Of a stretch of DNA of 64,000 nt, positions 30,786 through 39,327 are shown piece by piece; position 1 is the first letter of the stretch; each line of letters begins with the position of its first letter. Origin of the DNA: Patescibacteria group bacterium (GTDB lineage: Bacteria > Patescibacteriota > Minisyncoccia > Phycocordibacterales > SBAW01); the NCBI GenBank assembly GCA_040389385.1, contig JAZKAA010000003.1, positions 39,295 through 103,294 on the forward strand. Reading direction: 5' to 3'. The translations under genes and the position numbers were made by a program. The notes beneath the pieces were generated by a model, which did not search any database, was not told where the DNA came from, and saw only the letters and a list, made by a program, of their open reading frames with translations.

Positions 30786-31001
30786 CTAGCCGATTACAAC
30801 AGCAACAAAGGCTGCCAAGAACAGAGCTGCAATTGTTACGGCGGTGATAGGCAGCGGCATTAAAGCCGACACCAATGACGGCCCGCGGTCCTGCACCAAC
30901 GGCTGCTGCGGGACCCAGCTGATATCAGCCGGCGTGGGCCTGCGCGGAGGGGGTGGCCCCTTCCACTGATCAACCCGGCGGCGGATTACTTGTGCTGACA
31001 T
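30786..31001 (-). CDS. hypothetical small Pro-rich protein with C-terminal TM (71 aa)
   Basis: C-terminal helix ITAVTIAALFLAAFVAVVIG; followed on the minus strand by a hairpin plus T-run (plus 30750-30780). Confidence 0.4.
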   Translation of the reverse strand: MSAQVIRRRVDQWKGPPPPRRPTPADISWVPQQPLVQDRGPSLVSALMPLPITAVTIAALFLAAFVAVVIG

Positions 31002-31042
31002 GGTACGCCCCTTTCTCCCCCACTATGCCACGGCTTTTGTAC

Positions 31043-31390
31043 TTAAGCAATCTCTTTTAGCACCACCAAATGCGCGTGCAGGTGATCAGGTATTGAGCCC
31101 ATGCGCGGGGTTGCCTCTATCCAAAAGTCATACAGCTTGTTGATAACATCGGCGCGTATTTGTTGGAGCTCGGCCCACGCCTCGGCAGATACATCTTTGG
31201 TGATGCAGTGCTCAACCGGCACTATCATGTCATGCTTGCCCGCCACCAAGTCGTAGGGGAACTTATTTTCGACTATCTTCCAGTGTTTAAAAGTCTGCAG
31301 GGCCGGCGCGTCGCACAGCCGGCAGCCGTTGTCCAACCCGCCTTTGTGCTTGTACGCGTCGTACGCGGCCTGGGCTTCTTTAGTGCGCAT
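31043..31390 (-). CDS. HIT-family hydrolase-like protein
   Basis: C-terminal histidine triad HLHAHLVVL (H-phi-H-phi-H-phi-phi). Confidence 0.65.
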   Translation of the reverse strand: MRTKEAQAAYDAYKHKGGLDNGCRLCDAPALQTFKHWKIVENKFPYDLVAGKHDMIVPVEHCITKDVSAEAWAELQQIRADVINKLYDFWIEATPRMGSIPDHLHAHLVVLKEIA

Positions 31391-31429
31391 GCGCAGTATT
31401 TTAACAAATAAAAAAGAAAAGTCCCGCTC

Positions 31430-31633
31430 CTAAGAGCGGGCCGGCGTCAGATATCCAAAATACTGATTCTCCCAGTAGAGCGCTACCGGGGGCACAAACA
31501 TCCAAAAACAAATCGCAGCGTTTGCCGCAGCCATTGCAGTCCATGCCTCCAGGTCGCGGACGGGAGTCGCCTGCTGACGCTTGGTAGCTCGGTCAAAGAT
31601 CTGCACCGCTTCTTGCCCGTGTGTACTGACCAT
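31430..31633 (-). CDS. possible small tail-anchored membrane protein (67 aa; sub-ORF of track ORF 31430..31795)
   Basis: ATG with GGGAGAG upstream; C-terminal hydrophobic AAANAAICFWMFVPPVALYW; lies in the 250-nt gap between the HAD and HIT genes. Confidence 0.3.
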   Translation of the reverse strand: MVSTHGQEAVQIFDRATKRQQATPVRDLEAWTAMAAANAAICFWMFVPPVALYWENQYFGYLTPARS

Positions 31634-31644
31634 AGCATCTCTCC

Positions 31645-32244
31645 CTAAAAGCCCCTCCCCAACTGTAGCACCTGTTTTAAATCCTCTACCGAGGTAAACA
31701 AAAACGCGTTGATGCCGACCGAGCGGGCGGAGTCGACATTGTGCTGCATGTCGTCCCAAAACCACATCTCTTGGGGCGTGTAGCGCCTCTCCCATCGCTT
31801 GATAATTTCCTTAAAAAACTCCGGTTGCGATTTGGTATAGCCCAAGTCGCACGCAAACCAGGCACCGTTAAGCCGCCCGAGCAACTTTTGCACTATATAT
31901 TCGCTGCGGTATACCTCCTGGTCGCTTGCGAGATAGCACTCCGTTCCCTGTTTTTGCAGTTCTTTCGTTACAGCCAAAACCTCCTCGTCTAACTCTGTGT
32001 CGTTGCTAAACCACCACTCCAGATACTCCTCCACCGACTTAGGCCAGCCCCATGCGGGCAAACGTTTAGCCAGCTCCTCTTTCAAATCCGCTTTGCCTCG
32101 TGTACAGAGTTTGAACTCATTTTTAAAAAACGTCTCCACCTCCTCTCTCGGTGCGCCGTACTCGCGGCAAAACCGCTCGCTAAAGTACTCGGGCGATTTC
32201 TTAAATACAACCCCATCCGCATCCAGCAATACAACCTTTTTCAT
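31645..32244 (-). CDS. HAD-superfamily hydrolase (start adjusted to MKKVVLLDADGVVF)
   Basis: HAD motif I DxDGV (LLDADGVVF); alpha/beta core; the track ORF started at a TTG 7 codons upstream. Confidence 0.75.
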   Translation of the reverse strand: MKKVVLLDADGVVFKKSPEYFSERFCREYGAPREEVETFFKNEFKLCTRGKADLKEELAKRLPAWGWPKSVEEYLEWWFSNDTELDEEVLAVTKELQKQGTECYLASDQEVYRSEYIVQKLLGRLNGAWFACDLGYTKSQPEFFKEIIKRWERRYTPQEMWFWDDMQHNVDSARSVGINAFLFTSVEDLKQVLQLGRGF

Positions 32245-32257
32245 ATAGCCATTATTA

Positions 32258-32533
32258 CTATTCAAGCTTTTTGCAAAATACTTGAATAACTTCTGCGCGG
32301 GCAGTTAATTTGTGCCGTACATTTAATCCATCAGAACGCTTCAGAACAAGTCCGGCAATTGCCATTTTGCGCAAATGGTCCGAGATGTTGAAATAGCTAC
32401 TCCCTAATCGCTCCGCTATTTCATCCACAGCAAGCTCGGGCTCCTTTTTGAGTACATCCAAAATTTCAATCCGCCGATGGTTGGCAAATCCTTTGACTAT
32501 CCGCTCTAGCTTTCTGTACTCGTTTGGTTTCAT
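32258..32533 (-). CDS. ArsR/SmtB-family winged-helix transcriptional regulator
   Basis: 91 aa; HRRIEILDVLKKEPELAVDEIAERLGSSYFNISDHLRKMAIAGLV, the classic ArsR HTH. Confidence 0.8.
   Translation of the reverse strand: MKPNEYRKLERIVKGFANHRRIEILDVLKKEPELAVDEIAERLGSSYFNISDHLRKMAIAGLVLKRSDGLNVRHKLTARAEVIQVFCKKLE
32261..32286. promoter_or_regulatory. 26-bp palindromic operator copy 1 (TTCAAGCTTTTTGCAAAATACTTGAA); overlaps the ArsR C-terminal codons and sits just upstream of the HAD gene start
   Basis: Read directly; near-perfect inverted repeat. Confidence 0.55.
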
Positions 32534-32558
32534 TCAAGTATTTTGCAAAATGCTTGAA
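32533..32558. promoter_or_regulatory. 26-bp palindromic operator copy 2 (TTCAAGTATTTTGCAAAATGCTTGAA) abutting the ArsR start codon
   Basis: Reverse complement of copy 1 with one mismatch. Confidence 0.55.
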
Positions 32559-32567
32559 TTAATACTA

Positions 32568-32834
32568 CTACACTTTAGTGAAGCGGGCGATTTGGGTGCC
32601 TTGCCATTCGACCAGCTCGGCCCACTCGCGGAGCGGGCGGGTAAAGTAGGGCGCGCCGGGGCCGGGGTACATAGGCTCGTACACCACCATCCACTCGTTG
32701 TCGTTGGAGTGCAGCGCAAGTAGCACCACTTTGTAGCTGTCACCTTTGTAATGCCTATATGCCTCCTCCGCCTTTGGCGCATCTGCAGGCAGTAGCGGCA
32801 CTAAGTCTCCCTTACTCATCGCTTGAGTATACAA
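32568..32834 (-). CDS. DUF1653-like small protein (88 aa)
   Basis: YRHYKGDSYKVVLLALHSNDNEWMVVYEPMY...TRPLREW resembles the DUF1653 signature. Confidence 0.55.
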   Translation of the reverse strand: MYTQAMSKGDLVPLLPADAPKAEEAYRHYKGDSYKVVLLALHSNDNEWMVVYEPMYPGPGAPYFTRPLREWAELVEWQGTQIARFTKV

Positions 32835-32861
32835 ACAAAAAGCCCGCTCTGTTGATCGGGA

Positions 32862-33613
32862 CTAACCGTCTGGATATGTCCGGATTGCCTCAAACTTACA
32901 CGCGTCAAGGATGTCCCGCTCATCCGGCTTGACTAGCCAGTGAGCGGGGCGATTGCGAATAGGCCGCAGTGTGTCGTTGGACAAACGCCGTAAGACATCC
33001 ACCTGGAGCGCGTGCTCTTGCCGCAGTATGCGGCGCTTGAGCCCCTTTGGAGTATCCACTTTTGTACGGTCGTTGATGTCGACACGCCTAACACCAAGTA
33101 CCTCGCCCCGGTCGAGCTCACCGACCCGATGCGCGACGGCCTCGGTCCAGTAATTGCGCTCCACCCTGCGACAAAAAAGTATTGCGGTCTGCATCACACG
33201 GCGCCCATGCATACCCTTGCCACCATAGTCATAACCGGGTGGTGCTTTTGGATCGAGACAGCCCGGATGCTGGTTGACCGACATATTGCGGAAGTGCTTT
33301 GCAACCGCGTCCGGGGTCAGCGGCAACAGGCCATACTGCCCCAAAAATTGATGCCGTACCTTTTGCAGTTGGTGAGGATAAAGTCGGCGAGCATGTCCGG
33401 GTCTTTGGAGTAGCCCTTGGGATACACCAAGATGCGCTCGCGCGGGACCCCCTCCTCCTGCATCAAGCTGATGAGCCCGGCCTTTTCCGAACTGGCAAAC
33501 ACCAGGCCAATCTGGACCTTGGGCAACCGCCCATCCTTGGTGGCGCGCTGGATAGTCGCCATCGTCGTACCGCCGCCACTGCCGGCGACAGCCGCATTAA
33601 TACTGATCATGGT
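32862..33613 (-). pseudogene. purN: phosphoribosylglycinamide formyltransferase (PurN/formyl-transferase family)-like gene split by a 1-nt frameshift in a homopolymer run (ORFs 33317..33652 and 32862..33344)
   Basis: N-part MISINAAVAGSGGGTTMATIQ...VQIGLVFASS matches the PurN N-terminus (iavliSGsGsNl...). C-part LAGYGLLPLTPDAVAKHFRNMSVNQHPG...EAVAHRV...DT...L..RIL..EHAL matches the PurN core. Frames switch at plus-strand run ccccaaaaatt (~33339-33349). Confidence 0.55.
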
Positions 33614-33683
33614 GCAGTCCTCTCTTCCGTAGACAAACCGATCCGCCCCCACCTTACTGCATCATGCGCAGTAGTTCAAATTT

Positions 33684-33707
33684 AGGTACGTACATAATTA
33701 CGTACTT
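33684..33707. repeat. two phased direct repeats AGGTACGTACAT / AATTACGTACTT (12-nt period) upstream of the purN-like operon
   Basis: Read directly; similar element at 40822-40857. Confidence 0.5.
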
Positions 33708-33712
33708 TTGCT

Positions 33713-33740
33713 ATGCTAGTGTTTTGCAAAACACTAGCAT
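33713..33740. promoter_or_regulatory. 28-bp perfect palindrome ATGCTAGTGTTTTGCAAAACACTAGCAT sharing the GT-TTTTGCAAAA-AC core with the ArsR operators
   Basis: Read directly; ~60-90 nt upstream of the purN-like gene start. Confidence 0.5.
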
Positions 33741-33933
33741 AAGGAAATTATGAGCTCCAAAATATTGTCTTTAAAAATGAAACTACAACGTCAATAATAT
33801 CCACCTTCGGATTGCGATACACTATCAGACCAAAAGCTATCCCGAGGAAAAGTAAAATAACTATAAAAGTTATATTCATGCCATTACTCTACCAAAGAAA
33901 AAGCCCGCGAGTAATCTCGCGGGCTACATCGGC

Positions 33934-34173
33934 TCACACGATGGCGTAGAGTCTGCCGTCGTGGCCCGGGGCGTAGTGCGGGTCCATCTTGCGCCTATAA
34001 GCGACGTACTCGGCCTCGGTCGCAAAGTCCTTGCGCTCCGGCCAACCCATGCCCCAGCCCCAGCCATGCGGGACGCCGGTGTCGCCGCCCGTTTTTGCTT
34101 TTTGCTTTGCTCTCAAGGCAGCCTTTACCTTGTGCCGCTCGATCGACTTTTCGACCGCACTCTTCTTTCTCAT
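33934..34173 (-). CDS. hypothetical small basic protein (79 aa)
   Basis: Lys/Arg-rich N-terminus, GWGWGMGW motif; preceded by a ~230-nt leader from a TTGACC-N16-TACTAT promoter (plus ~34415-34443, minus strand). Confidence 0.45.
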   Translation of the reverse strand: MRKKSAVEKSIERHKVKAALRAKQKAKTGGDTGVPHGWGWGMGWPERKDFATEAEYVAYRRKMDPHYAPGHDGRLYAIV

Positions 34174-34474
34174 GCTCTGCTCCTGTGTGAGAAAAAGAAA
34201 AAGCTCGCCACTACAAAGAACTTTCGTTCCGTGTAAAGACGAGACTTCTCTCGTGGTACCACTTTACGTTTGTCCAAATATTGCTATTTGGACCTTGGTA
34301 GCTAGCTTTGGCCTGTTTAACTTCTAGGCAACACTAGCCTCCCTGTTTTACGCTTGGGCCTGCGTCGCAAGTTATTAGCCTGCGCAGCTCCCGAGCCGGT
34401 TCCCCTTCGCAAGCAAAGGGTACTGTTCCCGTTCATCGCTTTGTATTTTGATAGTAACGTTTTAAAAACTTTGG

Positions 34475-34825
34475 TCAAGCAACCGGTTTTATCTGCCCCA
34501 AACCCTCTAACACCTGCACATTAGGGAGGGAGGCGAGGAAGGAGCCTGGGACCAACAGTTTGGACTTGCGGATGCCGGCGCCTATTATTACGTGCGCGGA
34601 GTCGACGACGGCTTTGTCTACTAATATAGGCCAGCTTGCGGGCAGGCCAATAGGAGTGATTGCGCCAAACTCCATGCCGCTCCCCTGCACAGCCTCCTCC
34701 ATCGGTGCAAAAGAAATCTTTTTGGTGCCAAGCACGTCGCGCACAAGGCCGTTAACATCCGCGCGCGTTGTCGCGAGTATTACGCAAGCAACGTACTGCA
34801 CCTCCTCTATTTTTCTTTGTCCCAA
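34475..34825 (-). CDS. YbaK/ProX-like aminoacyl-tRNA deacylase domain protein (short)
   Basis: GAITPIGLPASWPILVDKAVVDSAHVIIGAGIRKSKLLV resembles the YbaK/ProRS-editing fold. Confidence 0.45.
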   Translation of the reverse strand: MGQRKIEEVQYVACVILATTRADVNGLVRDVLGTKKISFAPMEEAVQGSGMEFGAITPIGLPASWPILVDKAVVDSAHVIIGAGIRKSKLLVPGSFLASLPNVQVLEGLGQIKPVA

Positions 34826-34842
34826 GCTTTAATCTTGGGAGT

Positions 34843-35226
34843 TTATAAGTCAGGAAAAGCTTTTTGGCACGTTGTTGTTTGTCCATTAGCAAATGTAACC
34901 GTAGTAGTGGGGTCCTGCTTACACCAACTTCTATATCTTGTTTCATTAGATGCTTGTTGATCCAAAATAGGCTTTACCTGGAGGTACGCGAGAAATATTT
35001 GTACACACGCGAGAACGAAAAGAAGGGAATTCAGCCAAAATACCAGTGAGTTAAATTCCTTAGTTTCTTCATTGTTACGAGTGATTGTATCGTTCAGTTT
35101 CTTTAAACTTCTCCGTGTCAATTCTTCCGACGGAAGTACTCCAAAAGTTGGATTGTTAGTATTTGTCCACTGCAATAATTCCTCATCAGTAGCGTGCTGA
35201 AGAGGTTTTGGAAAAAGGTTTGGCAT
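34843..35226 (-). CDS. hypothetical membrane protein (127 aa)
   Basis: One TM (LVFWLNSLLFVLACVQIFLAYL); ORF only. Confidence 0.4.
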   Translation of the reverse strand: MPNLFPKPLQHATDEELLQWTNTNNPTFGVLPSEELTRRSLKKLNDTITRNNEETKEFNSLVFWLNSLLFVLACVQIFLAYLQVKPILDQQASNETRYRSWCKQDPTTTVTFANGQTTTCQKAFPDL

Positions 35227-35229
35227 ATT

Positions 35230-37743
35230 TTACAAACAAACGAAAGATGCTATCGCGTCGCCTTCTCTCAATTTCATTACACGGACGCCTTGGGTACTGC
35301 GGGAAAGACTGGGGATTTCTTTCAATTCAGTTCTTATGACTTGGCCTTTTTTGGAGATTACGACGATTTCGTCTTCGCCTACGCCTTCCTCTTTAGAAAT
35401 TACTTGCGCGGCGATTAGGGGGCCGGTTTTGGCGGTCATGTTCATTGTCTTGATGCCCGAGCCGCCGCGGCCTTGAGTTTTGTACTCGGTAGTCTTGGTA
35501 GTTTTGCCGTAACCGTTGCGCGACACTACAAGCACCTCGTATTTGTCGCCTTCTTTGCCCTTGGGGATTACATCGGCGCCCACTATGGTGTCGCCGGCAC
35601 TCAACTTCATCCCGCGTACGCCACCGGCACTGCGGCCCATCGGGCGCACATCTCCCTCTTTAAACCGGATTGACTGCCCCTTGGCCGTGCTCAAAAAGAT
35701 TTCGTCACCCTTCTCTACCAACAACGCGGCAATCAACTCATCACCCCCGCCTCGCGTCGGCTCGCCTTTGCGAGTCGAGGCGGGCTTTTGCATCAACTTA
35801 ATTGCAATCAAGCCCGAGCGGCGTACATCATGGAACGCGGTTGCATCACACTTTTTGACAGTGCCCTGCTTGGTAATCATATATAGATACTTCTCGCCCT
35901 CTTTCTGCTTCTTGCGCATCGGGAGTATCGAGGTAATCCGCTCCTCGCCCGAGACGGAGAGGAAGTTAACTATAGGCCGGCCCTTTGTAGAGCGCTTGCC
36001 CTCGGGCAACTCGTACATCTTGAGCTGGTACGCCTTGCCCGCGTTAGTAAAGAAGAGCAGATCGCTGTGGGTCGAGGTGGTAAGGAACGTCGTTACAAAG
36101 TCCTCCTCCTTGGTATCAAGGTCAATAACCCCTACCCCGCCGCGCTTTTGCTTGCGGAACTCCTCGGGGTTGGTGCGCTTAACATAGCCGCCTTGGGTCA
36201 ACACCACCACCTGCTCCTCGTCGGGCACCAGGTCCTCGACGTTGATGATGCCTGCGGCACTCTTCATCACCGTGGTCTGGCGGTCGTCGGCAAACTTTTT
36301 GGCGACATCGGCAAACTCGGTCTTAACTACGCCGAGCATTTTCTTTTCGCTCTTAAGCAAAGCAGTCCACTCCTCTATAAGCGCCTGCACCTCGGCAAGC
36401 TCGTCCTCTACCTTTTTGCGCTCGAGGTTGGCAAGCCGGCTGAGGCGCATCTCCAAAATTGCTTTGGCCTGCAGCTCACTAAACTTAAACTTTTTAATCA
36501 AATTGATCTCAGCCTCGGCAACATCTTTAGATGCCCTGATGACTTTAATCACCTCGTCGATATGGTCGAGCGCTTTAGTAAGCCCGAGCAAAATATGCTC
36601 GCGCTCCTGTGCGCGCGTAAGGTCAAACTGCGTGCGGCGCTTGACCACCTCTTTGCGGTGCTTGATAAACTCTTCCAAAATCCCTTTGAGCGAGAGTGTT
36701 TGAGGCACCCCGTCTACAAGGACAACCATGTTGAAGTGGAACGTGTCCTCTAAAGCCGTGTGCTTGTACAAATAGTTGAGCACCTTTTGCGGATGTGCGC
36801 CCTGCTTGAGGTCTATAACAATACGGATATCGCTTGTGGACTCGTCGCGCAGCCCGCGGATGCCGTCTATCTTTTTATCGCGCACCAAGTCGGCGACACG
36901 GACAATAAGATCGGCTTTGTTGACGCGGTATGGCAGGCTCGTGATGATGATTTGGTAGTCGCCCTTTTTCCCTTCCACAGTCTCGGCGACGCCGCGCACA
37001 ACAAGCGGCCCGCGGCCGGTGGAGTACGCATGGAGCAAATCTTTTTTATTAAACGCAACCGCCCCGGTCGGAAAGTCGGGTCCGGACACAAACTGCATAA
37101 GGTCCTCTACAGTTGCGTCGGGTGTATCTATCAAGTGCGCGAGCGCCTGCATCAACTCGCCCAAGTGGTGCGGCGGGATGTTGGTCGCCATACCGACAGC
37201 AATGCCGAGCGTGCCGTTGAGCAAAATGTTGGGCACGGTAGATGGGAGCACCTCGGGCTCTTTGAGCGTGCCGTCGTAGTTGGGGCGCCAGTTGACCGTA
37301 TCCTTTTCCAAATCCTGCAGGAGCTGCGTGGCCATCGTAGACATCTTGGCCTCGGTGTAGCGCATGGCTGCCGCACTATCGCCGTCTATCGAGCCAAAGT
37401 TGCCCTGCCCTACCACCAACGGGTAGCGCATCGCAAAAAGCTGCGTCATCTTGACCATCGCCTCGTACACGGCACTGTCGCCATGTGGATGGTACTTGCC
37501 GAGCACGTCGCCCACCACGAGCGCGCTTTTGCGGAAGCGCGACTGTGGTGTGAGCCCCAGCCGGTGCATGGTGTAGAGGATGCGGCGGTGCACGGGCTTG
37601 AGCCCGTCGCGCACATCGGGCAGCGCGCGCGATGTGATAACCGACATGGCGTAGTCGAGGTACGCCTCGCGCATCTCGGTTGAGATGTTACGTCCTATCG
37701 TTTTGCCGCCGTTGTGGGGCTTTTTATCTTCCATGTCTGCCAT
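35230..37743 (-). CDS. gyrA: DNA gyrase subunit A
   Basis: 837 aa; [19 protein letters not shown], active-site Tyr region, C-terminal beta-pinwheel repeats. Confidence 0.95.
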   Translation of the reverse strand: MADMEDKKPHNGGKTIGRNISTEMREAYLDYAMSVITSRALPDVRDGLKPVHRRILYTMHRLGLTPQSRFRKSALVVGDVLGKYHPHGDSAVYEAMVKMTQLFAMRYPLVVGQGNFGSIDGDSAAAMRYTEAKMSTMATQLLQDLEKDTVNWRPNYDGTLKEPEVLPSTVPNILLNGTLGIAVGMATNIPPHHLGELMQALAHLIDTPDATVEDLMQFVSGPDFPTGAVAFNKKDLLHAYSTGRGPLVVRGVAETVEGKKGDYQIIITSLPYRVNKADLIVRVADLVRDKKIDGIRGLRDESTSDIRIVIDLKQGAHPQKVLNYLYKHTALEDTFHFNMVVLVDGVPQTLSLKGILEEFIKHRKEVVKRRTQFDLTRAQEREHILLGLTKALDHIDEVIKVIRASKDVAEAEINLIKKFKFSELQAKAILEMRLSRLANLERKKVEDELAEVQALIEEWTALLKSEKKMLGVVKTEFADVAKKFADDRQTTVMKSAAGIINVEDLVPDEEQVVVLTQGGYVKRTNPEEFRKQKRGGVGVIDLDTKEEDFVTTFLTTSTHSDLLFFTNAGKAYQLKMYELPEGKRSTKGRPIVNFLSVSGEERITSILPMRKKQKEGEKYLYMITKQGTVKKCDATAFHDVRRSGLIAIKLMQKPASTRKGEPTRGGGDELIAALLVEKGDEIFLSTAKGQSIRFKEGDVRPMGRSAGGVRGMKLSAGDTIVGADVIPKGKEGDKYEVLVVSRNGYGKTTKTTEYKTQGRGGSGIKTMNMTAKTGPLIAAQVISKEEGVGEDEIVVISKKGQVIRTELKEIPSLSRSTQGVRVMKLREGDAIASFVCL

Positions 37744-37748
37744 ATGCG

Positions 37749-37997
37749 CTAGTAGTTATATAAAGTTGTGCTGGCAACCTCAAGCTGCGCAGGGTTGTAC
37801 TGCGCGGCCGCCGCTGCGGCGGCCACTTGGTCGCTCGCTGTTGCCTTGGCTGCAACCGTGTCGGTGTTGAGCCGCGCCGGCAGCGTTACCAACCACGCCA
37901 ACGCAAACAGGCCCGTGATTGCGCCCGCAATACGCAGCGCGTGCTTGCGGCGCACATGCGGCTCTTGCAACTTGATGTGGTTAAAGTATTGCTTCAT
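37749..37997 (-). CDS. hypothetical small membrane protein (82 aa)
   Basis: Single TM ([13 protein letters not shown]); ORF only. Confidence 0.35.
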   Translation of the reverse strand: MKQYFNHIKLQEPHVRRKHALRIAGAITGLFALAWLVTLPARLNTDTVAAKATASDQVAAAAAAAQYNPAQLEVASTTLYNY

Positions 37998-38002
37998 TTT
38001 AT

Positions 38003-38629
38003 TTAGTGAGAGAGCACCACAACCTCGACCTCTTTACCCTCCAAATCTTTTCTCTTGACCGTCAGCTTGTCCTCCGGCTTGGTGCCCTCGGCGCCCGCCT
38101 CTTTAAGAAATGCCTTGAGCTGCGCCGCGTCGTAGTGCATCGGCACCACCACTTTTGGCTCGAGTTTGACCGACAGCTTGTACGCCTCGGCGGCGCCGAG
38201 TGTGGCAAGCGGCACAAACAGCACGTCTATGTCGTCGAGCTCTTGCTTGGCCGCCGCGGGCACATCGCCTGTTTGCGCGCCCAAAAAGGCCAAGTTCATC
38301 CCCTCTAGGGTTACGCCGTAGACGGTATTTATTTTTTGCTCGCCGTCGTACGGCACCGTGTTGCCAAAGCCGCGCACTTGCACGCCCTTTATCTCGTACT
38401 CGCCCGGGCCCTCGACAACAAACGGCTCGCGCTCGCCAAAGGCGGCGTTTTCTACCCCCGCAAAGTCGTCGTGATGCATGCTCACAAGGGCGATATCGGC
38501 GCCAAATTTAGTCGCCGCAATGGAGGAGTCTTTGGACGGGGGGTTGTACGCAATGGTCAAATCACCCTGCGTGATTTTGAAGCATTCACCGCCCTGGTAA
38601 CTGATCACCATATGGCTTAATTCTAGCAT
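38003..38629 (-). CDS. metallo-beta-lactamase-fold-like hydrolase family protein
   Basis: 208 aa; ALVSMHHDDFAG and later histidines, consistent with an MBL-fold metal site; weak. Confidence 0.5.
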   Translation of the reverse strand: MLELSHMVISYQGGECFKITQGDLTIAYNPPSKDSSIAATKFGADIALVSMHHDDFAGVENAAFGEREPFVVEGPGEYEIKGVQVRGFGNTVPYDGEQKINTVYGVTLEGMNLAFLGAQTGDVPAAAKQELDDIDVLFVPLATLGAAEAYKLSVKLEPKVVVPMHYDAAQLKAFLKEAGAEGTKPEDKLTVKRKDLEGKEVEVVVLSH

Positions 38630-38683
38630 ATTTCAGCCATTTTTGCTACCATAAAAACATCGCAGTTTAGTAGGAGTTCTTCG

Positions 38684-38866
38684 ATGGCTGACAAGCATGG
38701 CGCAGTCACTAAAAAGACGGCAGCGGAGCAGCGCCGAACGCAACATGCCAAAGACCAGGTGCGCAAGCTCCCTCCTCACGCCTCTGTGGTTTCCGCGCGC
38801 CGTTGTGGTAGCCCAAGCTTGGGCCATATCCCCCTCCGGCCCTTTAGCGGCCTCGATAAGAAGTAG
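38684..38866 (+). CDS. candidate small hydrophilic protein (60 aa) followed by an intrinsic terminator
   Basis: AGGAG RBS 9 nt upstream of ATG (MADKHGAVTKKTAAEQRRTQHAKDQVRK...); terminator at 38867-38898. Confidence 0.3.
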   Translation: MADKHGAVTKKTAAEQRRTQHAKDQVRKLPPHASVVSARRCGSPSLGHIPLRPFSGLDKK

Positions 38867-38898
38867 CCCCAGCAACGCTGGGGTATTTTTTTACCCTG
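38867..38898 (+). terminator. rho-independent terminator (CCCCAGC-aacg-GCTGGGG + TATTTTTTT)
   Basis: Read directly. Confidence 0.6.
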
Positions 38899-38914
38899 AG
38901 CCTGTCGAAGGGTT
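38892..38914. promoter_or_regulatory. copy A of the 23-nt motif TACCCTGAGCCTGTCGAAGGGTT (inverted repeat ACCCT-N11-AGGGT), 12 nt upstream of the -35 of a TTGACT-N17-TAGGAT promoter (38927-38955)
   Basis: Read directly; second copy at 39328-39350. Confidence 0.5.
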
Positions 38915-39058
38915 GTCCCGTATTAATTGACTTTTCAGGCAAGGCGGGTTAGGATGGAGGCACGTTCGGGCGAAAGACCGCGAGGTCCAGTACCACCTAT
39001 GAGGTGGTATTTCGTTTGTGACGGGGAGATCATTAATTTACGAGGGGACAGTACCAAT

Positions 39059-39266
39059 GCAAAGTTGGGAACTCGGAATATCGCAGAGGATGCAACGGCA
39101 CGGTGGCAGCAACAAGGCACCGGCCAAGAAGCAGCTCTACAAGAGCGACTTGATCGAGGTCGAGCCTCGCACAACCGACACCAACCCTGGTGACGGTCGC
39201 AAGCACATCTACGACGGCGCCTACGCGGCGTACCAGCATCATCAGTCGCAACAAGCGACGGTCTGA
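39059..39266 (+). CDS. candidate small hydrophilic protein (69 aa, MQSWELGISQRMQRHGGSNK...)
   Basis: GAGGGG RBS upstream; the upstream in-frame ATG (39018) lies in the 3-nt loop of an 8-bp hairpin TACCACCT-atg-AGGTGGTA; followed by the terminator at 39297-39326. Confidence 0.35.
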
Positions 39267-39296
39267 TTCCGAGGGAGGAATCGCCCCACCCACAAG

Positions 39297-39326
39297 CCCG
39301 ACCAACACTGTTGGCGGGTTTTTTAT
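39297..39326 (+). terminator. rho-independent terminator (CCCGACCAACA-ctg-TGTTGGCGGG + TTTTTTATTT)
   Basis: Read directly. Confidence 0.6.
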
Positions 39327-39327
39327 T

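Noticed and set aside
36067-37683. 228-aa and 307-aa plus-strand ORFs
   Set aside because: Antisense to gyrA.
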